A stretch of DNA of 64,000 nt from the IMG/VR virus record IMGVR_UViG_3300030107_004732, positions 21,246-85,245 of that record; one strand, given 5' to 3'. The translations under genes and the position numbers were made by a program. The notes under the pieces were generated by a model. It was not told where the DNA came from. It saw nothing but the letters and a program-made list of their open reading frames with translations, and searched no databases. Shown piece by piece: positions 38,019-48,833 of this stretch (position 1 is its first letter; each line of letters begins with the position of its first letter). This DNA comes from a virus.

Positions 38019-41000
38019 TATTGAGGCTCATTTCCAAGAGATTCATCATCTAATCCTTCATCTCCTTTAGCTAAATAAGTTAAAGTTCCATTACTACCAA
38101 AATTTATAATATTTGTCATATTTTTATTAGTCCCATTATAAAAAATCCTTTTTCCAAAAGTCCAAAAATCTCCACGTATATTATAAACATAAGCGTTTCC
38201 TGAATTAATAGAAGCACCAGTACTTGATTTAATTACGAATATTTCTTTATTTTCAGGATTATATCCACATATACTTGCATCACTTACATGGTTTTTCCAA
38301 TCTGTTTTATTTATTCTTAATTTAGTATTTTCCTCTCCTACTGAAGTTTCTAACAAGTCTGTAATTTCTGAAGAATCTTCTCCTTCTCTATACATATAAG
38401 CTGAATTTTTGTTAAACCAAAAAACTCCACCATCAACTTCTATTGAGTGATTTTTACTAGTTATGCCTTTAAATTTATTTCTAGATTCAACAAAAAACTG
38501 GTCAGGAGTTCCAGATGATATATCTATAACATATAATACATTTGTTTTAAACTGAAAGATTTTATCACCAATACTAAACAAAGCAACTATTTCATCACCA
38601 TCAGATATATCTAAATCTAAGACATTTTGAGGATATGGAAATACATCTAAAGAATTAACTGGGCTATATACCATTCTATCATTATATCTAGTTTTTGCAT
38701 TACCTTCTGTAACTTCAATATTACCTATAAAAGCTCTTCTACCACCAATACATGCTGTTTTATATCTTATATTAGATGTTGTTGAAACATCATAAGGATT
38801 ATATCCTGCAAAATCAACATATTCTTTTAATTTTGGAGCAGCATACCAACTTATTATATCTGTTGTGCCATTGTGTAATTGAACAATATCAGAACCTTGA
38901 GTTAAAGATTTCCATTCATAAGTAGCTGTATTACCTTCAGTAGAATCTAAAGTTGTAATTTCACCACCTTTAATAAAACCTACTTGAAAGTCAATAATTC
39001 CTAAATCCCAAAATATTTCATGGTCGTCTTTTAAATCTGTAAAATATAAATGCAATCCTTTTATTCTTCTGTCAGGAAAACATAATTCTCCTGCAGAATT
39101 TTCAGGCCTCATATATATTTGTGCTTGCAAATGTCTAAATTGTCCTTCTGTACCCATATCAAATATGTGAGAACTACCACTACTTTGAAATGCGTGCCCA
39201 GGTAAAGACTCTGAACCATCCTTATACATAGCAGATGCATAAATTTTTATATCTGACTCATCCCAATCTAAACCTGAATCAGTATCAACTACATCAAACT
39301 CTATTCTTACCATTGCTTCATCGGCAGACCATTCCATAGAACTAATTGTATCAGTATAAGCATTTTTTTGAACACCTAAATTGTCTTTGTTATCTCCGTA
39401 ATTACTATCTCCATTAGTATATTTCCATTCTTTAGAATTATCATCACAAAAGAATCCAAGAAGATTTTCAGATTCCATAAATTGAAATTGTTGTTCTCCT
39501 TCACTATTTTTAAAAAATGAAGTATTATCTATAAAGCCATAATATTTGTTTTTATTAGGTAACAAAAAATTACCTTCAATCATTCTCATTATTCCTGCTT
39601 CATTATAAAATACAGGTTTTGATTTATAATTATTTTCACTACCATAAACCCAATCAAAATTTTGTCCCTTATTTACATTAATATGTTCTCCATTAAATTT
39701 ATCAACCCAACTAGATATATCTTTAGAATATACATCTAAATCAAGTTTTTTTATTGTTCCTCCACCTTCAACAGTAGTATCACTAGTTGAAACTGCTTCC
39801 GAAATTAATAAAACCTGCTCATCTGCTGCACTTGTATTATAAGCGGCAGATTGAAAATCAATATAAAAAGAAACTTTAAATCCTGCACTTTGCCCTGCTG
39901 CATCTGCTGTTAAAACTAAAGTTTTTCCACTATTTTCTTCTGTACAAGTAATATATCCGCTAAATTGTGTATTTATCAAAGCTCTAAGATTATCTACTAC
40001 ATCTTCTATTGTTGCAAAATTATCTGTTAAAAATGACCTTGACCATTCTGAACCGTCTGAATTTCTAGTAATTTTAATATTTACTCTTCCTGCAACATCT
40101 AACCCTCCATCAAAAGCTAATTTCCAAACTCCTGTTATTGCATTAACTCCTCCTGACGTTGTTTTATCTCCAGCTATTCTAAGTAAACAATTGTCTCCTG
40201 CTTCACTAACAAAACCATTTCGCCATATAGTACCTAAATTTTCCATTTGGCCTGGAACAATTTTTGAGTTAGTAAAATCACTACTATCATATAAATCATC
40301 TATAAGAGTTACACTATTTCCTAAAGTAGTCGAAACAGTTACATGAGGTCTAATAGCTTTATTATTATCTGATGTTCCAACTACATTCTTTGTTAATCTT
40401 ATTTCATATCCTGCGTTATATAAAGGATTACCTAAATCATTAGTTTGATTTCCTAATAAAGATTCTTGAGTTAATTCTGCTGTCCATCCTGATGTTGAGG
40501 TGTAATCATTAATTTCTTTTACTAACCATTGAGCAAATGAGTATTTAGAATGAGTATAAGCTAAATAATTTTGATTAGATATATCAAAGTTATCATTATC
40601 ATTATAATTATACCAAGGTAATGCAAAGTTCCAATTATCTCCAGGTTTATCTTGTATAAGTATTTCAAAAAATCCAATACATCTTCTTGATTCATTGCCA
40701 GCTCCAAAAAATTGAGTATCATTAAAAATAGTTGAATCATTTTGTGATACATACCAAGAAATAGTATTCTTTGCAAATATAGGACCACCACCATCATAAT
40801 AAATGTCAAAATCACTTCCATCCGCATCATATAAACTATTATCAAATATATCGCCTGCTTCTTGGTCTGAATCTGTATCATCAGCTGAAGAAAAATCAAT
40901 AATTCTAGAACCTGCATCATCAGGCATTAAATATTCTGATGCTCCTAATTTTAATCTGAACCTTAGTCTTCCAGTACTACCAGGGTCACCACTCATCATT

Positions 41001-41356
41001 ACAACTAAATCTTCTATTGTAAATCTAGCACTTGCCTTTTCACCATTAGTAGCAATTGCATGCTCTGTTAAAGTAAATTGTAGATTTTCATCTGAAACTA
41101 AGCCCTGCCAAGAATTATCGCTTCTTAAATAACCTAAACCTTCTCCACTAATCAATTCACCAGCTATAGTGTTTCCTGGAATATTATTATCAACATCTTT
41201 ATTACGAATAGCACTTCCTGAACCTTTAATTTGACCAAATTTATTTAAATCAAGGTTTATTGCTTCTGCTAATTCATCAGCATCTAAATCTTTGGGGTCT
41301 GAATTATTGTTCAAACCCCCAGAAAAGTTCTCTAATCTCCAAACTTCTTTAGCCAT
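38018..41356 (-). CDS. Tail nozzle/stabilisation protein (podovirus-type)
   Basis: N-terminal FSGGLN..DP.DL motif; beta-propeller-like C-terminal half. Confidence 0.7.
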   Translation of the reverse strand: MAKEVWRLENFSGGLNNNSDPKDLDADELAEAINLDLNKFGQIKGSGSAIRNKDVDNNIPGNTIAGELISGEGLGYLRSDNSWQGLVSDENLQFTLTEHAIATNGEKASARFTIEDLVVMMSGDPGSTGRLRFRLKLGASEYLMPDDAGSRIIDFSSADDTDSDQEAGDIFDNSLYDADGSDFDIYYDGGGPIFAKNTISWYVSQNDSTIFNDTQFFGAGNESRRCIGFFEILIQDKPGDNWNFALPWYNYNDNDNFDISNQNYLAYTHSKYSFAQWLVKEINDYTSTSGWTAELTQESLLGNQTNDLGNPLYNAGYEIRLTKNVVGTSDNNKAIRPHVTVSTTLGNSVTLIDDLYDSSDFTNSKIVPGQMENLGTIWRNGFVSEAGDNCLLRIAGDKTTSGGVNAITGVWKLAFDGGLDVAGRVNIKITRNSDGSEWSRSFLTDNFATIEDVVDNLRALINTQFSGYITCTEENSGKTLVLTADAAGQSAGFKVSFYIDFQSAAYNTSAADEQVLLISEAVSTSDTTVEGGGTIKKLDLDVYSKDISSWVDKFNGEHINVNKGQNFDWVYGSENNYKSKPVFYNEAGIMRMIEGNFLLPNKNKYYGFIDNTSFFKNSEGEQQFQFMESENLLGFFCDDNSKEWKYTNGDSNYGDNKDNLGVQKNAYTDTISSMEWSADEAMVRIEFDVVDTDSGLDWDESDIKIYASAMYKDGSESLPGHAFQSSGSSHIFDMGTEGQFRHLQAQIYMRPENSAGELCFPDRRIKGLHLYFTDLKDDHEIFWDLGIIDFQVGFIKGGEITTLDSTEGNTATYEWKSLTQGSDIVQLHNGTTDIISWYAAPKLKEYVDFAGYNPYDVSTTSNIRYKTACIGGRRAFIGNIEVTEGNAKTRYNDRMVYSPVNSLDVFPYPQNVLDLDISDGDEIVALFSIGDKIFQFKTNVLYVIDISSGTPDQFFVESRNKFKGITSKNHSIEVDGGVFWFNKNSAYMYREGEDSSEITDLLETSVGEENTKLRINKTDWKNHVSDASICGYNPENKEIFVIKSSTGASINSGNAYVYNIRGDFWTFGKRIFYNGTNKNMTNIINFGSNGTLTYLAKGDEGLDDESLGNEPQ

Positions 41357-41535
41357 TATTTTAGAATAGCTTTCTTGATTACTTCTTCAACAGAATCATA
41401 AATAGCAGTAAGTATTTTTTCTTCTGTTTTTTCAGAAATAATAGGAATATCAACATTTTCATTTAACTCTTTAACAATTTTTTCTTTCATTTCTTCGTTA
41501 AAGATATATTCTACTATCATTTGCTTTATATCCAT
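41356..41535 (-). CDS. Small hypothetical protein (59 aa; not in ORF track)
   Basis: Manual translation MDIKQMIVEYIF...NENVDIPIISEKTEEKIL. Confidence 0.6.
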   Translation of the reverse strand: MDIKQMIVEYIFNEEMKEKIVKELNENVDIPIISEKTEEKILTAIYDSVEEVIKKAILK

Positions 41536-41663
41536 TAGTAACTCCTTCTTCTTCTTGTTGTTGTTTTTTTGTTCATTCTTTTGCCAGTTCTACCAGCATA
41601 AGCCTTAGCGGCTGCTTTACCTTTTTTTGTATAAGGGAATTTCTTACCTCCAACTTTAGGCAT
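41535..41663 (-). CDS. Small basic protein (42 aa; not in ORF track)
   Basis: Manual translation MPKVGGKKFPYTKKGKAAAKAYA; AGGAGG RBS. Confidence 0.6.
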   Translation of the reverse strand: MPKVGGKKFPYTKKGKAAAKAYAGRTGKRMNKKTTTRRRRSY

Positions 41664-41868
41664 TTTTACCTCCTTTTGTTTTACAGTTACACTTAAAATT
41701 TTTAGGTGGATGTGCCATTTTTTCTAATAAATTAAGGCGTTTATCCATATCTTTAACTTTATCGTCTAACTCATTATCATCAAATACATAAGCCATCATT
41801 TTGTCTAATTTAAAATGTTTAGTCAATCTGCTAGCTACTGCATTTATTATCATTTTAGAAACTATCAT
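41656..41868 (-). CDS. Hypothetical protein
   Basis: 70 aa, coupled to neighbours. Confidence 0.55.
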   Translation of the reverse strand: MIVSKMIINAVASRLTKHFKLDKMMAYVFDDNELDDKVKDMDKRLNLLEKMAHPPKNFKCNCKTKGGKNA

Positions 41869-42644
41869 TTTTTGTTTCCATCAATTAAATTACCCCATAG
41901 GGATGTTTTACCATTTATTATTTGTATTATATGCACTGTAAATAACCCTTTAGCATAATAATCTACTATTGCAAATGCATGTGCCCAATTTATAGGTCTT
42001 CCTGCAAGCCATTCATTTGACTTTGGTCCCATATCTTTTAAGCATCCAATACTCCAAGCTGACTTTGGTCCATCCATATGAGTAGCAGACATTTGCTGTA
42101 AATCATGCCAATGCCCATACATTATATTGCAACCAAATTTCCGAATATGGTTAGCAGTATGATATTGACCACCATATTGATGGCCATGATAAAAGTATAA
42201 TTTTCCCAATTTAAGATGTTTTCCGAATTTGTAATATTTATAGCCACGAACATCCAACTTAACAGCATTAGCAAATTTATACTGAGGAATATAGGGATAT
42301 TTTTCAACTGCCATATTACACCAATTGTCATGATTACCCTCAGTAAAGTACTTTTCTTTACAATTAGCCTTATCGAGAGACTCATCAATTTGGTCCATTC
42401 CACGGTTAACATCTTTCACATCCTTATCAAAATCATTTATTAAATATTCTAATGGCGGTGCCTTTTTTCTCTTAAATCTCCAAGCACTAAATGCATGCCA
42501 TTCACCAACGTCACCCAAATCTACATAAGCATCTGGTTTAACTATTTCAATTGTCTTTTTGAGACAGTTAATTGCAGGTTGGTCATGAAGAGGAAAGTGT
42601 TTATCTGGCGTTACTATTACTCTTTTAACCACACCTTTATCCAT
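41865..42644 (-). CDS. Calcineurin-like metallophosphoesterase
   Basis: PDKH, LGD, GNHD, HGH, GHWH motifs. Confidence 0.85.
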   Translation of the reverse strand: MDKGVVKRVIVTPDKHFPLHDQPAINCLKKTIEIVKPDAYVDLGDVGEWHAFSAWRFKRKKAPPLEYLINDFDKDVKDVNRGMDQIDESLDKANCKEKYFTEGNHDNWCNMAVEKYPYIPQYKFANAVKLDVRGYKYYKFGKHLKLGKLYFYHGHQYGGQYHTANHIRKFGCNIMYGHWHDLQQMSATHMDGPKSAWSIGCLKDMGPKSNEWLAGRPINWAHAFAIVDYYAKGLFTVHIIQIINGKTSLWGNLIDGNKK

Positions 42645-42646
42645 AA

Positions 42647-42808
42647 CTACTCCTTTAGTTGTTTCTTAATTAACATTATTTTGTAAACAAAATAGACAAT
42701 AGTAACTATTCCCACACCCATTTTTACTAATTCAGGTAAAAAATCCATAAATTGAACAGTTATTCCTCCACTACCTATTATTGCCGATTTTAAAGTATCT
42801 AAATCCAT
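42647..42808 (-). CDS. Small membrane protein, possible holin (53 aa; not in ORF track)
   Basis: Hydrophobic GVGIVTIVYFVYKI; directly after the lysozyme. Confidence 0.5.
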   Translation of the reverse strand: MDLDTLKSAIIGSGGITVQFMDFLPELVKMGVGIVTIVYFVYKIMLIKKQLKE

Positions 42809-43215
42809 TATACTTCTAAAGCCTTTACTCTGTTACTTAATTCTTTTGCTCTATTAGGCGTTTGTCTTGCCCATAAACTATCAAGCATTTCTACTGATGC
42901 TTCTTTCCATTGTTTATTTCTTAAAAACGCTATAGTTTTTTTAAACTTAGAAACACCAGTAACTCCTAACTGATAACACATTTCCATTACAACATCTTGA
43001 ATTTCTGGAGGCATGTATTTAAACCAATCAAATTTAAGTTTTATCATAGATTTTAAATTGTCTAATTTGCGGTCAAGAATCATATCACATATATCTTCAT
43101 CTAATTCTAAATCCTTAATTGCAAAGCCATATCCAATAGTATCTATACCTAAACTATCTTTATAAACTATACCTACATATCCTTCATGCTGTTTAATACT
43201 TTCTTTTAAATCCAT
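42808..43215 (-). CDS. T4-type (GH24) lysozyme / endolysin
   Basis: HEG...YKDSLGIDTIGYG; DSLWARQTPNRA. Confidence 0.9.
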   Translation of the reverse strand: MDLKESIKQHEGYVGIVYKDSLGIDTIGYGFAIKDLELDEDICDMILDRKLDNLKSMIKLKFDWFKYMPPEIQDVVMEMCYQLGVTGVSKFKKTIAFLRNKQWKEASVEMLDSLWARQTPNRAKELSNRVKALEV

Positions 43216-43216
43216 A

Positions 43217-43516
43217 TTATCCCCTATAAACTATTGCTGTATCATTTGCACCTATAGTAACTGAAGACCATCTACCATATATAGTAGTCCCTTCAGGCAC
43301 TTCTAAAGAACTTAAATTATCTCCTAAATTAGTATCAACAGATGTAGCAGTAACTGTGCCACTTGCAGTATTATCTGCTATAACTTCTGTTCCTACTAGT
43401 ATTGTAATTGCTATATATGTGTGTGAATTGACAGTTGCATTTGTTACTATATCCCAACCGCCTTGACCTAATTTAAGATTATTAGATTCTTGAACTGTGT
43501 ATTTATTTATTGCCAT
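43217..43516 (-). CDS. Putative virion protein
   Basis: 99 aa beta-rich, GTTIYGRW. Confidence 0.55.
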   Translation of the reverse strand: MAINKYTVQESNNLKLGQGGWDIVTNATVNSHTYIAITILVGTEVIADNTASGTVTATSVDTNLGDNLSSLEVPEGTTIYGRWSSVTIGANDTAIVYRG

Positions 43517-43567
43517 ATTTACCTCCTGCTCTAAGCACTGGCTGTGCGTGAATGAGCTTGTTTATTG

Positions 43568-44041
43568 TTATCGTATACCATGTGAGCCTGGAACAATTAT
43601 TCTAGGTCCACTAATTTTGCTTGATTCGTGTTTCTCTACCATTTTTTTAAATTCTCTCATAAAATATTCTTTTACTTCCATATTCATAACATCTTCCGCA
43701 AGTCTAGCTTTAACATAATAAACTAAAGCTTTTGCTAAATATGGAGGTAAATCTAAAACATCATCTTCATCTTTAAGATTTTCAGGACTATAAACATATT
43801 GTATTTCAATACCATTTTCAATAGTCCCTTGAGGAGATTTCCAAAGTTGTCTTTGAGCTCCTGGGCCAAAATCTTTGTTTTCAACATTATTATCAAAAGA
43901 TGTATCTTTCTCTATTAATGCAAATTTATTACCTTTTACATAATATCCATATTGGCGAATAGCTGAACCACTTGACCATGTTCCTCCAGCATTTTCACAA
44001 GTTGTTCTGCTTGAATAACCATCTAAACTACAATATCCCAT
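43568..44041 (-). CDS. Putative head-tail adaptor protein
   Basis: DLPPYLAKALVYYVKA helix typical of adaptor C-termini. Confidence 0.5.
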   Translation of the reverse strand: MGYCSLDGYSSRTTCENAGGTWSSGSAIRQYGYYVKGNKFALIEKDTSFDNNVENKDFGPGAQRQLWKSPQGTIENGIEIQYVYSPENLKDEDDVLDLPPYLAKALVYYVKARLAEDVMNMEVKEYFMREFKKMVEKHESSKISGPRIIVPGSHGIR

Positions 44042-44322
44042 TATAAACCATCCTCATCTTTTGTTAAGGGTTCTCCAACTAATCGTAACACACTTCTATA
44101 TTCATCTCTTTGATTTAAATGATTTTTAGCTCTTATATCTAAAACTTTAATCATATTAGAAGGATAATCATAAAATCTTTTATCTTCTATTATGTCCATT
44201 CTTGTTGTAGCAACATGAACTTCAGAAATCATATTTATTTCTTCTATACCATCTTGAATATAAGCAAGTGCTCTACCAGTTTCTTTAATTCCAACTCTTT
44301 CCATCAATTGTTTAATTTTCAT
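44041..44322 (-). CDS. Putative virion protein (adaptor N-terminal-like)
   Basis: 93 aa, coupled; YDYPSNMIKV. Confidence 0.45.
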   Translation of the reverse strand: MKIKQLMERVGIKETGRALAYIQDGIEEINMISEVHVATTRMDIIEDKRFYDYPSNMIKVLDIRAKNHLNQRDEYRSVLRLVGEPLTKDEDGL

Positions 44323-44807
44323 TATGCATCATCCAATACTGCATACACTAATACTTTAATATCATTAGCTGCTGCTATTGCTGTAAAATCTGCTGTATCT
44401 GCTGTTCCTGCAAGTCTACCCCACCAAACATCACCAGGTTCTAATGTTAAATTACCTGTAGCATTAGCTGCTGCTACACCATGAGTAAAATTAATATATA
44501 AGTTATCTCTAGATTTAGTAGTTCCATCAGACCTAAATCCTGAATGTTTTATAACTATAAATTCTATATTATCAGACGCTGAAGTTCTAGTAGGAGTTGT
44601 GTTTCCAGCTGTGCCTTGTAAATATCCTATATCAGCAACTATCAAAGCCTCACTAGAAGTATCAATATCTTGAGCATAAGAAATCCATTTACAATCATCT
44701 CCAGCACCATCATTTAAATCATATTCAATATCGCCACTTACATGAGTTCTCATATCGTCTGGCAAAACAGATGCAGTAATATTAATTAAGCCATTATTTG
44801 CCGCCAT
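44322..44807 (-). CDS. Putative virion structural protein
   Basis: 161 aa beta-rich. Confidence 0.55.
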   Translation of the reverse strand: MAANNGLINITASVLPDDMRTHVSGDIEYDLNDGAGDDCKWISYAQDIDTSSEALIVADIGYLQGTAGNTTPTRTSASDNIEFIVIKHSGFRSDGTTKSRDNLYINFTHGVAAANATGNLTLEPGDVWWGRLAGTADTADFTAIAAANDIKVLVYAVLDDA

Positions 44808-45859
44808 TATTCACCTCTTTTTCCTTTTTTAGGTTCTTCTTGTTGAGGAGGCGGTGATGCTGCTATTCTTAAACCATTAATAAATTGATTCATTAAATCA
44901 GTAGCTTGAGCTTCCCACCATCCATATTTATAAGTTATTCTAGCAATATCTTTTTCGTATTTAATTACTTTTTCTTTATAGATTGCTATTTTACTCGTTA
45001 TTTGTCTTTCTTTATCCTTATCTGTAGAATCTAATTTTGAAGTATATATTTGCATTTCTCTATCAAATTTTTTGCTTGCTATATCAGCTTCTTTATCAAA
45101 TTTTTCTAATTTTTTAGTAACCAATTCTAATTCTTTATCAGCCATTTCTAAATCTTCTGCTGTCAATTGAGTTTTTGTATCAGTTAAGTTAAACTCTATT
45201 GCAGGCGGAGCATATCTAGGTAAATCTGGTATATTTATATCTTCATATAAAGCTGTTAATTCTTCTAAAGTAGGTAATAAGCTATGACATTCATTAGCCT
45301 TAGCTTTACAAACAAAAGATGCTGCATATAGTACTACTAAATATTCGTATTCATTTGGAAAATTTAAAATACCTTCACTATTAAAATCTAATGCACTTCC
45401 TGATGAAGGGTCACTTTCTTTTGTTGAATAATCTAAATGAGTTACTGATGTCTTATTATCAGAACTAGTTGTAACAGGTACTGTAAAAACTTTACCATCC
45501 AACATATACCAACCTGGATTATATTTACTTCTATATTTCAAACTTTCAACATCAGTTGCTTCATATCTATCTGCTGCATCCATTAAAGATGCAGGTCTAA
45601 ATTGTCCAGCGCTTCCATCTTGTCTAACAACACTTAATACTCTTCCTATTACAGTTACTCCACCACCACTAGTATCATCGGTAGTCTGAGAAAATTTTAA
45701 TGCTTCTGCAGGATTCATAACTAATATATTATTAACAACAGCTTTTACACCATCTTGAATCCAATAGCCTGCTTCTGTAGTGCTAGGAACAGTAGTAGAT
45801 GTTATATCTTCTCCAATTATAGCACTTAATCTAGTTCCAAATGTTACTGATTCTATCAT
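44807..45859 (-). CDS. Putative head-tail adaptor/ring protein with coiled-coil
   Basis: FPNEYEYLVVLYAA followed by coiled-coil. Confidence 0.55.
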   Translation of the reverse strand: MIESVTFGTRLSAIIGEDITSTTVPSTTEAGYWIQDGVKAVVNNILVMNPAEALKFSQTTDDTSGGGVTVIGRVLSVVRQDGSAGQFRPASLMDAADRYEATDVESLKYRSKYNPGWYMLDGKVFTVPVTTSSDNKTSVTHLDYSTKESDPSSGSALDFNSEGILNFPNEYEYLVVLYAASFVCKAKANECHSLLPTLEELTALYEDINIPDLPRYAPPAIEFNLTDTKTQLTAEDLEMADKELELVTKKLEKFDKEADIASKKFDREMQIYTSKLDSTDKDKERQITSKIAIYKEKVIKYEKDIARITYKYGWWEAQATDLMNQFINGLRIAASPPPQQEEPKKGKRGE

Positions 45860-46332
45860 TATGCGCTCACTACGAAAAGCTCAACTTTAATTGCATTTCC
45901 ACCAGGTTGAATTACTATACTTTCTAAATCAACTAAATCAGTTACAAGATTAGCATTTGCATCAGAAACGCCTACAGCATCTTCAGGATAACCCATTACA
46001 AAAGTACTTCCAGCTTTAACTAATATTGTTGCCGATGTATCTGCAGAAGAATCATCTTCGCCTACATCTATTTGTAAACTCATTTTTAAATCATTGCTTC
46101 CATCTAAATTAGTTAATCTTATATATCTAACACTTTGCATATCCACAGGGGATAAAGTTCCATCTGCAACAGAACTATGAAAATTTATTAATGTAGTTTC
46201 ACTATTAGCTGGACATGTTACAATTCTTTTATATACTTCGTTGACAGATGCAATAGTTAATGTATTAGTACTACCCTGTTGAGAACCATTTAAAGTCAAA
46301 CTTTCAGTATGCGTCACTGTTAATGTCGCCAT
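45859..46332 (-). CDS. Putative virion structural protein
   Basis: 157 aa; VRYIRLTNLD. Confidence 0.55.
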   Translation of the reverse strand: MATLTVTHTESLTLNGSQQGSTNTLTIASVNEVYKRIVTCPANSETTLINFHSSVADGTLSPVDMQSVRYIRLTNLDGSNDLKMSLQIDVGEDDSSADTSATILVKAGSTFVMGYPEDAVGVSDANANLVTDLVDLESIVIQPGGNAIKVELFVVSA

Positions 46333-46415
46333 TTTAACTCCTTCTTTTTTAAGGGCTCACCCTCCACTCGGAGAAACAACCAAATGGAGGGGTCACCCAG
46401 TTTATTTACTACGTA

Positions 46416-46904
46416 TTAAGATGCAACATAACTTCCAGATACTGAATCAGTTGGTTTTGACCAGATTACAAGAAATCTAGTCTCTCCAGCAGTACCAGCA
46501 CCACCAGTAGTTATCTTTGCAGTAACTGTTCTAGTAGATGATGAATAACCACCTAGAGCACCATCGTCATCTGTAACGTAAGCACCTTTTTCTCCTCCAT
46601 CATGATTAAAAGCGAAAACTTCGCCAGCAGCTAATGCTCCACCACTTTTTATATTAGTAGCTTCGTAAAAACCGTTGTCGTCATCTTCATCACCTACAAT
46701 CATAGACGCAGAAGAAGCTGAATCCCATAGCGTAACGCCATGAACCTGAACATCATTCAAATAAGCTCCAGCAGGGATAGTTACTGATGCAGTATATACA
46801 CCTGCAGCAGAAAAACCATCACCATCAGTTATTTTAATGACCATTTCAGCTGTATTTGGATTCCAGCTAGATTTGTATGTTTGTCTATCTAAAGTTGCCA
46901 TCAT
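46416..46904 (-). CDS. Putative capsid-associated/decoration protein
   Basis: TIPAGA...VGD motif; downstream of MCP. Confidence 0.55.
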   Translation of the reverse strand: MMATLDRQTYKSSWNPNTAEMVIKITDGDGFSAAGVYTASVTIPAGAYLNDVQVHGVTLWDSASSASMIVGDEDDDNGFYEATNIKSGGALAAGEVFAFNHDGGEKGAYVTDDDGALGGYSSSTRTVTAKITTGGAGTAGETRFLVIWSKPTDSVSGSYVAS

Positions 46905-46911
46905 CTACCTC

Positions 46912-47223
46912 CTATGCTTTAATTACTAAAACATTAGCAGTGCCAGAGGCTATATCAATAGCGCCACCAGTATTATTAGCTATTATTAGTGTTACTGTAT
47001 CAGCAGCTGTAACTGCTCCACGTAAAACACCATCTATTATATCAACATTTAAGCTTGATAATACAAAGTCACCTAAAGCAGCACCTGTGACAGTAACTTC
47101 TAATGCTTCTTCATCACCATCAGCAATAGAACCTGGATTCCAAGCTTTAGAAGCGGCTAAAATATTATCTAACCTCCCTAAACTGTCACCAGCTTTATTT
47201 TGTCCATACATTGGAATTGCCAT
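46912..47223 (-). CDS. Putative capsid decoration protein
   Basis: VTVTGAALGDFV..S...AVTAADTVT; directly after MCP. Confidence 0.6.
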   Translation of the reverse strand: MAIPMYGQNKAGDSLGRLDNILAASKAWNPGSIADGDEEALEVTVTGAALGDFVLSSLNVDIIDGVLRGAVTAADTVTLIIANNTGGAIDIASGTANVLVIKA

Positions 47224-47233
47224 AATAAACCTC

Positions 47234-48766
47234 CTATGTCCACATAGCGTGAGCTTCTGGCATAGACCATTCCATTCCCGCTTCTGTTAAGATTAAGTCA
47301 ACTCTACGGTCAACACCTGAGTTCTCAAGGGTTTGTACACCCACGTGAACTGAAGTATCTCTGTTAACACCGTTGCCCACAAGTGGACGATACGCACAAT
47401 GTTTCATATCAATACCTAATAACTTCACATTAGTTCCATCTAAGTGGATATTTCTAGCCACATTCATGTCACCATATGGAGTTGAGAAAGTTGTAATATC
47501 AACACCGAATATTTTTTTCTTGCCAGTCATTGCAATATCAGACCTAAAGTTAGGAGATATTTCAAGATTATTCTTGAAGTAACCACCCATTTTATGTAGC
47601 CAGTTATATACTGCAGTATTACAGAAGAATACATTAGCACTTTGTGAATTATATCTTGGGTCCATATAGTTAGACATGTCATCTAAGAAATCATCAGCAG
47701 TCTTAGTTGCAATATCTAAACTAAATACATTACCATAATTAGCGATATAATCTACAGCACCTTGTGTAGTCTGTGTAGTAGTAGTTTGTTGAGCACCAAA
47801 CAATAAAGATGTTTCAATATCCCATTTATGTTCAATAAGCTTTTCTTTCCAAACTCTAGCCCATTCGTTGCCTTCGTATTTTAATACTGTAGCACGAGCA
47901 GTGTTTGTCATAGCCATTGAAGTTTTCCAGATTTGAGTGTATCCATATTGAGTACTGTAAGGTTGGTCTTTCCATGTTTCAGGATAACCAGAACCTTCTT
48001 CATGTGCTGTACCTACTACATAACATCTTGAACCTTCTAAAGATGTTGCGATTGCCTCATCATATACTTGAGTATCAATCTCATCGCCAGACCATCCAGC
48101 AAGATAAACTGCAGATGTATTAACACAATCTCTAACTAACTTACAAGTTAATTTTACAGATTCTCTACTATCTTTATCGTCATCTGTAGCGGTAACTACT
48201 TTTACTATTAGGTAATCAACAGCATCACCACCTCCGTCTGTAGTAGACATAGGTATTTTAACTAATTGACCTGGTAAAAAGAAATTAGGTCTAGTACCAG
48301 TTGCACCAACTGCAATAGCACCGTTAGATTGACCATATACATTTTGAATGTTACCTTCTGATTTGTAATCAGCAGCCATCCAAATAATTAAGTCATCACC
48401 AACAGTCATTGCTCCTGGAGCACCACCATCATTAGATGCTACTAAATCAGCATCTCCACCACTACCGCCAGTAGCTACTGTGCCACTGTTATCTTCGTGT
48501 GCTGAAACATAAGCATAACGCTTATGGTAAGAACCTCTTTTTTCAGTAAATTTGAAAGAAGGGTCGTCTGTAGGTTTTTTACCTACTTTTGACAGAAATC
48601 GAAAAAATGGGTCTTGAGCTATTGCTAACTCAGAAACCCTGTCGCCAAAGTTATACTTCCTACGCAGGTCACCAGTATCTACATCAGATGTAGCAGTACC
48701 TGGACCATTAGAAAGAACGTCTGTAACTCCCAATTCCGATAACTGTACGTAATCATTTAAAGCCAT
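47234..48766 (-). CDS. Major capsid protein
   Basis: 510 aa after scaffold; EGSGYP, YTQIWKT, EHKWDIETSLLFG, TPYG, ILTEAGME. Confidence 0.85.
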   Translation of the reverse strand: MALNDYVQLSELGVTDVLSNGPGTATSDVDTGDLRRKYNFGDRVSELAIAQDPFFRFLSKVGKKPTDDPSFKFTEKRGSYHKRYAYVSAHEDNSGTVATGGSGGDADLVASNDGGAPGAMTVGDDLIIWMAADYKSEGNIQNVYGQSNGAIAVGATGTRPNFFLPGQLVKIPMSTTDGGGDAVDYLIVKVVTATDDDKDSRESVKLTCKLVRDCVNTSAVYLAGWSGDEIDTQVYDEAIATSLEGSRCYVVGTAHEEGSGYPETWKDQPYSTQYGYTQIWKTSMAMTNTARATVLKYEGNEWARVWKEKLIEHKWDIETSLLFGAQQTTTTQTTQGAVDYIANYGNVFSLDIATKTADDFLDDMSNYMDPRYNSQSANVFFCNTAVYNWLHKMGGYFKNNLEISPNFRSDIAMTGKKKIFGVDITTFSTPYGDMNVARNIHLDGTNVKLLGIDMKHCAYRPLVGNGVNRDTSVHVGVQTLENSGVDRRVDLILTEAGMEWSMPEAHAMWT

Positions 48767-48833
48767 TTTGACTCCTTTACTATTTTATTTTACGTTTAAG
48801 TTCGGCTAGGGATTAACCTAAATGCCAAACATG

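Noticed and set aside
47224-47236. Stop readthrough from MCP into the decoration gene
   Set aside because: The next ATG is out of frame (10-nt gap) and has its own GGAGG RBS
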